A stretch of 64,000 bases of DNA from Octopus vulgaris (Eukaryota). The notes under the pieces were generated by a model. That model was not told the DNA's origin, did not search any database, and saw nothing but the letters and a program-made list of their open reading frames with translations. Shown in pieces: positions 59,033-64,000 of the stretch. Position 1 is the stretch's first letter; every line of letters starts with the position of its first letter. A program made the position numbers and the translations under genes. Where the stretch lies: positions 54,560,001-54,624,000 of the forward strand of contig OX597819.1 in the NCBI GenBank assembly GCA_951406725.2. Direction: 5' to 3'.

Positions 59033-59061
59033 CTGAAAGCAATTGAATCCGAGTGCAATGC

Positions 59062-59118
<57 letters not shown>

Positions 59119-60065
59119 ATGTCAAAAAGAGCGGTAGATTAGCAGAATCATTAAAGCATCGGAAAAATGCTTTGTGGTATATGTTATGACTCTTTATCTT
59201 CTGAGTTCAAACTCCGACAAGGCAAACTTTGACTTTCATACCTCTGGGGTTGATAAAATTAAGTAAAGTAGCCATGTGCCTAAATCAGAGTCTATTATTA
59301 TTATTATTGAGGCGGCGAGCTGCCAGAATCATTAGCATGCCGGACAAAAGGCTTCGTGTTATTTCTTCCGGCTTTTGGTTCTGAGTTAAAAAAACAGACG
59401 GGCTGGTTACAGATGGAACATTTTTGCTCATAGATCTGGAGAATCTGGGCCGACATCAACAACCTGCAATTCTTCTGAGCCAGCGAGTTAGACTCTTTAT
59501 GGTTGCACGACCTGCTAGATACAACAGCCAAATTTCCACTAGTATTATGCATTATCGTTTTCAAAATAAAGACAGCGTAGATACTATTGAAATAAGATGG
59601 AATGGCCACAGTTGAAATGCCTTTCATCATAAGTAAGTTTGATCTTAGTTGACCTGGAGTTAGATAACAACAACAACAACAACAACAACAAAAACTTAGT
59701 CTTTCAAATGGAGACCGTGTGTTTTTGAACACTGTGTCTTGTAGCAATATATTCCGCAATAAAGATGCGAAACCAAACATAATTCAGATCAATACGACTT
59801 GCCCAGCGTTGTCTGGGCTCAAATACCAACATTAAAGATATGTCACTAAATTAATCTAGCATTGAATGCAGTGGGCTTGTAGAATCGTTAGCACGCCGGC
59901 CAAAAACCTTAGCGCTATTTCTATCGTCTTTATGTCCCGTGTTCAAATTCCGTTGAGGTCGACTTTGCCTTTCATTTCTTTTTGGGTCGATCTAATCAAC
60001 TGGCCCCCTCCTACGCAATTTCAGGCCTTGTGCCTATAACAGAAAGGGTTATTATTATTATTATT

Positions 60066-60590
60066 AAAGACGTAGCACAGCATACAATATCGTGAGGTTG
60101 AAGATATTGTGTCTACTAGGAGTTTGTAGTGTTTGTCATGTTACAAGGACCTCAGACAGACAGTACTCTACGCAATGAGCGTGTAGCTCCAAGTAATGCC
60201 GACTTTTGCAATACACCTAGATTGTAGGGTATTTTAAAGTTTTCAGATGTTTTTTTTCAGATTGGATGGTATTGAACCCAATGCTCCGATAACAATAAGG
60301 ATAACCTTTATGTTTGACTCTCGTAGCTGCCACATCTTAGCGATCTCAGTTCTCATGTCTCCATATTTATCAACATTTTCTCTTTCTTTCATGATGATAA
60401 ATTGATCTCCTGGCACTGCCACGTCAATAATTAGTCACTCTTGCTTACCTCTTCTAAAGGTTACTATATCCGGCTTTCGTTGCTCTAATACCTTGTCTGT
60501 CTGGAAGTCAAAGTCTCAGAGGATTTTTGCCTTCTCCTTTCCGTCCATTACCTTTTCCAGTATATGTTGGTACCAAGCACCTGTATCATT
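60066..60590 (-). mobile_element. R4/Dong-type LINE 3' fragment (REL domain)
   Basis: WYQH....V, DFQTD, RKPDIV, IIDVAVPGD and QKSALLG motifs; abuts (TAA)n. Confidence 0.75.
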
Positions 60591-61401
60591 TTTATTATTA
60601 AGGCGACGAGCTGGCAGAATTGTTAGCGCGCCGGAAAAATACTTAGCAGTATTTCGTCCGTCTCAAAGACGTTCTGAGTTCAAATTCCGCCTAGGTAGAC
60701 TTTGCCTTTCATCTTTCGAGGTCGATAAATTAAGTATCAGTTGAGTACTGGGATCGATGTTATCGACTTAATCTCTTCCCAAAAATTTCAGCCCTTGTGC
60801 CTATAGCACAGATCAATACGACTTTTTTATAATTATTGAGTGAGAGAGCAGCGCATGCCTTCAAAGTGACACTGGGGTAAAATATACGCAGCCCAGTATA
60901 ACCATCATGACTACTCGTCTGATAAGGGTACACTAGGCACATGTATCACAACCATATGTGCGCGATATGGTGATCTCATATCAAGATAAACAGTGCATGA
61001 CCTTGCAGGCGGGGCCAGTTAGAATTTTCTTCTGGTCGAGTAGCCCATCCCGCTCAAAAGGTCCCTGAAAAAGGGTTGTTTAAGGATGTTGAGCGAAACA
61101 CCAATGTTTCTAAAGGTGAATTATCCAAACCTCTAAGAATTCCTTTCAACACACGGCTATGATGCTCCCCCACTACTTCTGCTTGTGATCAGAGATGCAC
61201 ATATCGTCAGCCACTACGGGACATGCTCAACTGGTTAAGGTCAAATAACTGACAAGCAAATCTCTGGTATTGAGTAGAATATTTGCTGTAGCCCATCTTT
61301 TATACCAAGGCAAAACAATGTACATGATAACACTTCCAATCAGTTAAGATCAGAAGCCACGAGATCCACTGCCTGGTACTGCATCAGGGCATTTATTATT
61401 A

Positions 61402-61456
<55 letters not shown>

Positions 61457-61659
61457 CATTATTATTATTATTGTGCCAACAACACATCCGCTTCGAGTTG
61501 CTCTTCAAGTTTTGTTTATTTTAAACCATGTTTTGCAGACTCGTTTTCAAAGTTTTTCGCGCCGTCACACTGGCTCATAAAAGTTTCTAAAAGCCTTCAG
61601 AACAACAAACTAAAAACAAAATACTTCGACGGAATGGGAAACTTCCGTGGCACAGTAAA

Positions 61660-63600
61660 ACAAAAGTGTATATAAAGAATTACTTGTGTAAATACATACC
61701 ACTTGTAGGAGGAAAGGAACACCTTACCCATCACAGGAATAAGTTAAGCGACCACATTAATAATTTTTGGCTTATAACTCTGCTAAACGTAGATTTCAAG
61801 ATTTTTCCCAAGGCGTTAGTGAAGAGGTTGGCGCTTGTTGTCGGTAGTATGATTGGTGATGCACAAACATACACCATCTCGAACAGATCTATGCACAACT
61901 TCCATCTAAAGCGTTACATTTTAGAGAGTCTAAAGAACTTAGTATGAGTGAGGTTGTTCCCGAAAGGTATCGCTGAAAGATCAACTTATGTCAGTCGAAA
62001 GTTTTTGATTTGGTGGTGGTTGTCCTCACGGCAGTAGATTTCGATTCCACTTTCCGCAGTTGTTTGATATGTTTATGCAGCATACCGCGTAGATTGCTAA
62101 AGCAGTTGTTTATTGGAAGATGACGCAGACTGCAAGAGTATCTTCGAACTGGAGGCGGTCTCATTCCCCAAGCAAATTTTGCTTTGCTAATCATTTTCTG
62201 TTCTTCTTTATCCAGTTGTCACAAATTTTGACATCACAAAGACAGGATGACATAAAACATTATAGCATACTGTGTTAATCACACAAACAGTTTTAAAAAA
62301 ACCGTTGACGTAACGTACATACATCATTTACTTGGCGGTCAGGGTGAATTATCACCTCTGATACCTTTCAACATCGTGTGATCGGTCCATTATTATTATT
62401 ATTATCCCCTCTTTTTTGCAAGTACTGACTCTTGAACTACTACTGTGAAAGCTATAGATACTAAGGAGCATACCGCACGAACCGGAATGCAGGAAATCCG
62501 TTTCGGTATATTGAGACAACGTCTATATATCAAGCGCGTCGAGGTGATCGATACAACTATAAGGGGCTGCGAAGCAGTGATAGGAGCAAAAATAAACTAA
62601 AAAAAGTCGGTGGTCTGCATCTTAGAATCTGGAGGTAGGTCGATGCCATCCAACAACGTCGTAGGGCGCCGGACAGGACGGAGTCTAGTTTGATCCAGAT
62701 CTCCATTTGCAGGAAAACTAGGACGAAGTAGCGAGTAGGGGACTAGTCCTACCCACATATAAGCCGTAAGAAAGCTAACCCTGAAAGTTGAGAAGTAGCA
62801 AAAGATTACATTACCTCCGTCATCTCTTACCGCCTGACCTTCGTACCTTGCCCCAATTCACATCTGACCGGACTGGAATATCTGCTCTTCCCCTTTCCGT
62901 GGAGGGGACGCCTTCCACTAGCCAGATGCTTTATTTGCAGTTAACATTCACTGAGAGGAGGCCTGGGCAAACCGTAGCTGACAATGCGCAGACATGAGTT
63001 GAAGTTGCGACATCTCCAGCAATTCCTTCACTGTGAACAGGTGTAGCTGCCCTTTGTTAGACGTGTTTTCTTTCATAGCTTGTCTCTTTGAGAGAGCTGT
63101 AGCATGGGTCAAGCAAAGACCGAGACGGAGCGCTTGGCATCTGTAATGTCGTCAAGTGCTCACAACACTCGCCAGTCAGACAATGTGGCCAGTGGAAATT
63201 CTACATTAGTGTTCTATAGAGGATTAGTGGAAGGAAAATCGACGATGTTTTCTGGGAAACACAGCGTTGATGAAAATCAACTAGTCTTAGAGGATTTTCA
63301 AACTTGGGCCTATGGCTAATTTCTAGAAATTCCCGGCCTGGAAACACTACCGGCGTGTGGGGGTATTGCCAGTTAAAGATAAACTCTAAAGGCATAGAAG
63401 TGCCATCCGCCTGGCATGTCCGAGATGCGCGTAAACTGATGAAACTGTTCTGCACACATTCATCTAGTCTTCGAGCATTACTGAGTCGTAGAGTTTGCCG
63501 TACACTCACCATCACACATAGGATGAATCTGGTTATCACCTGAGTCCATTGTGAAAGTCGTCCCGCTGTCTTCCTTTGGTTGGGAACGATAGGCAGTATT
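61660..63600 (+). mobile_element. Highly degraded L1/Tx1-like LINE
   Basis: ITLLNVDFKIFPKALVKRLALVVGSMIGDAQT matches the L1/Tx1 RT motif PI.LLN.D.KI..K.L..RL; the downstream extent is approximate. Confidence 0.55.
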
Positions 63601-63842
63601 TATTTATCTGTTGGCTTTGGTGGAAGAAATAATTTGGTTGATTAGACTGAAAGATCTGAAGACAGACACCTTCCCCTTTGGTGTTGCCCTTATCAATTTT
63701 TTCAAGTTTCAATTGAAAAGAAGGTGAGTATGGAGAAGGATGTGCAGCTTTCCAGCAAATTTGTTGAAAAGGAGAGGAAATGGTCTGAGCGAACGGGCTT
63801 GGTCTGAACAAGTTCCTTTAGATTGGAGAAGGATAAGTGAGT

Positions 63843-63912
<70 letters not shown>

Positions 63913-64000
63913 ATCTGACTGTGATTTTTGTGGGGTTTCCACGAGTAAGCCTTGGAAGTCTTTCCCATTTCGGGGAATTATACTTCATTTGAATATTTTT

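Overview
Eukaryotic, AT-rich, repeat-dense genomic DNA. The SINE families and (TTA)n/(TA)n/(CA)n microsatellites look cephalopod, probably Octopus (an inference, not a database result). The one clearly complete host gene is a 4-exon MED10 (+, 559-8099, 137 aa). From about 25 to 59 kb on the minus strand there is a tandemly duplicated, unidentified 186-nt terminal exon. It occurs as 4 intact copies, 1 copy with a premature stop and 1 truncated copy. Its coding sequence diverges faster than the flanking non-coding DNA, almost entirely by amino-acid changes, and I could not find its middle exons in the window. The rest is mobile DNA: RTE, CR1, L1/Tx1 and R4/Dong LINEs, three Penelope-like elements (one nearly complete with 1-kb inverted pseudo-LTRs), mariner, Tc1, hAT and Merlin remnants, a solo LTR, MITEs and many SINEs. 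A 550-bp element always sits in (TTA)n tracts. Several minimal hammerhead-ribozyme motifs are visible, some with a U3-A8 core variant.
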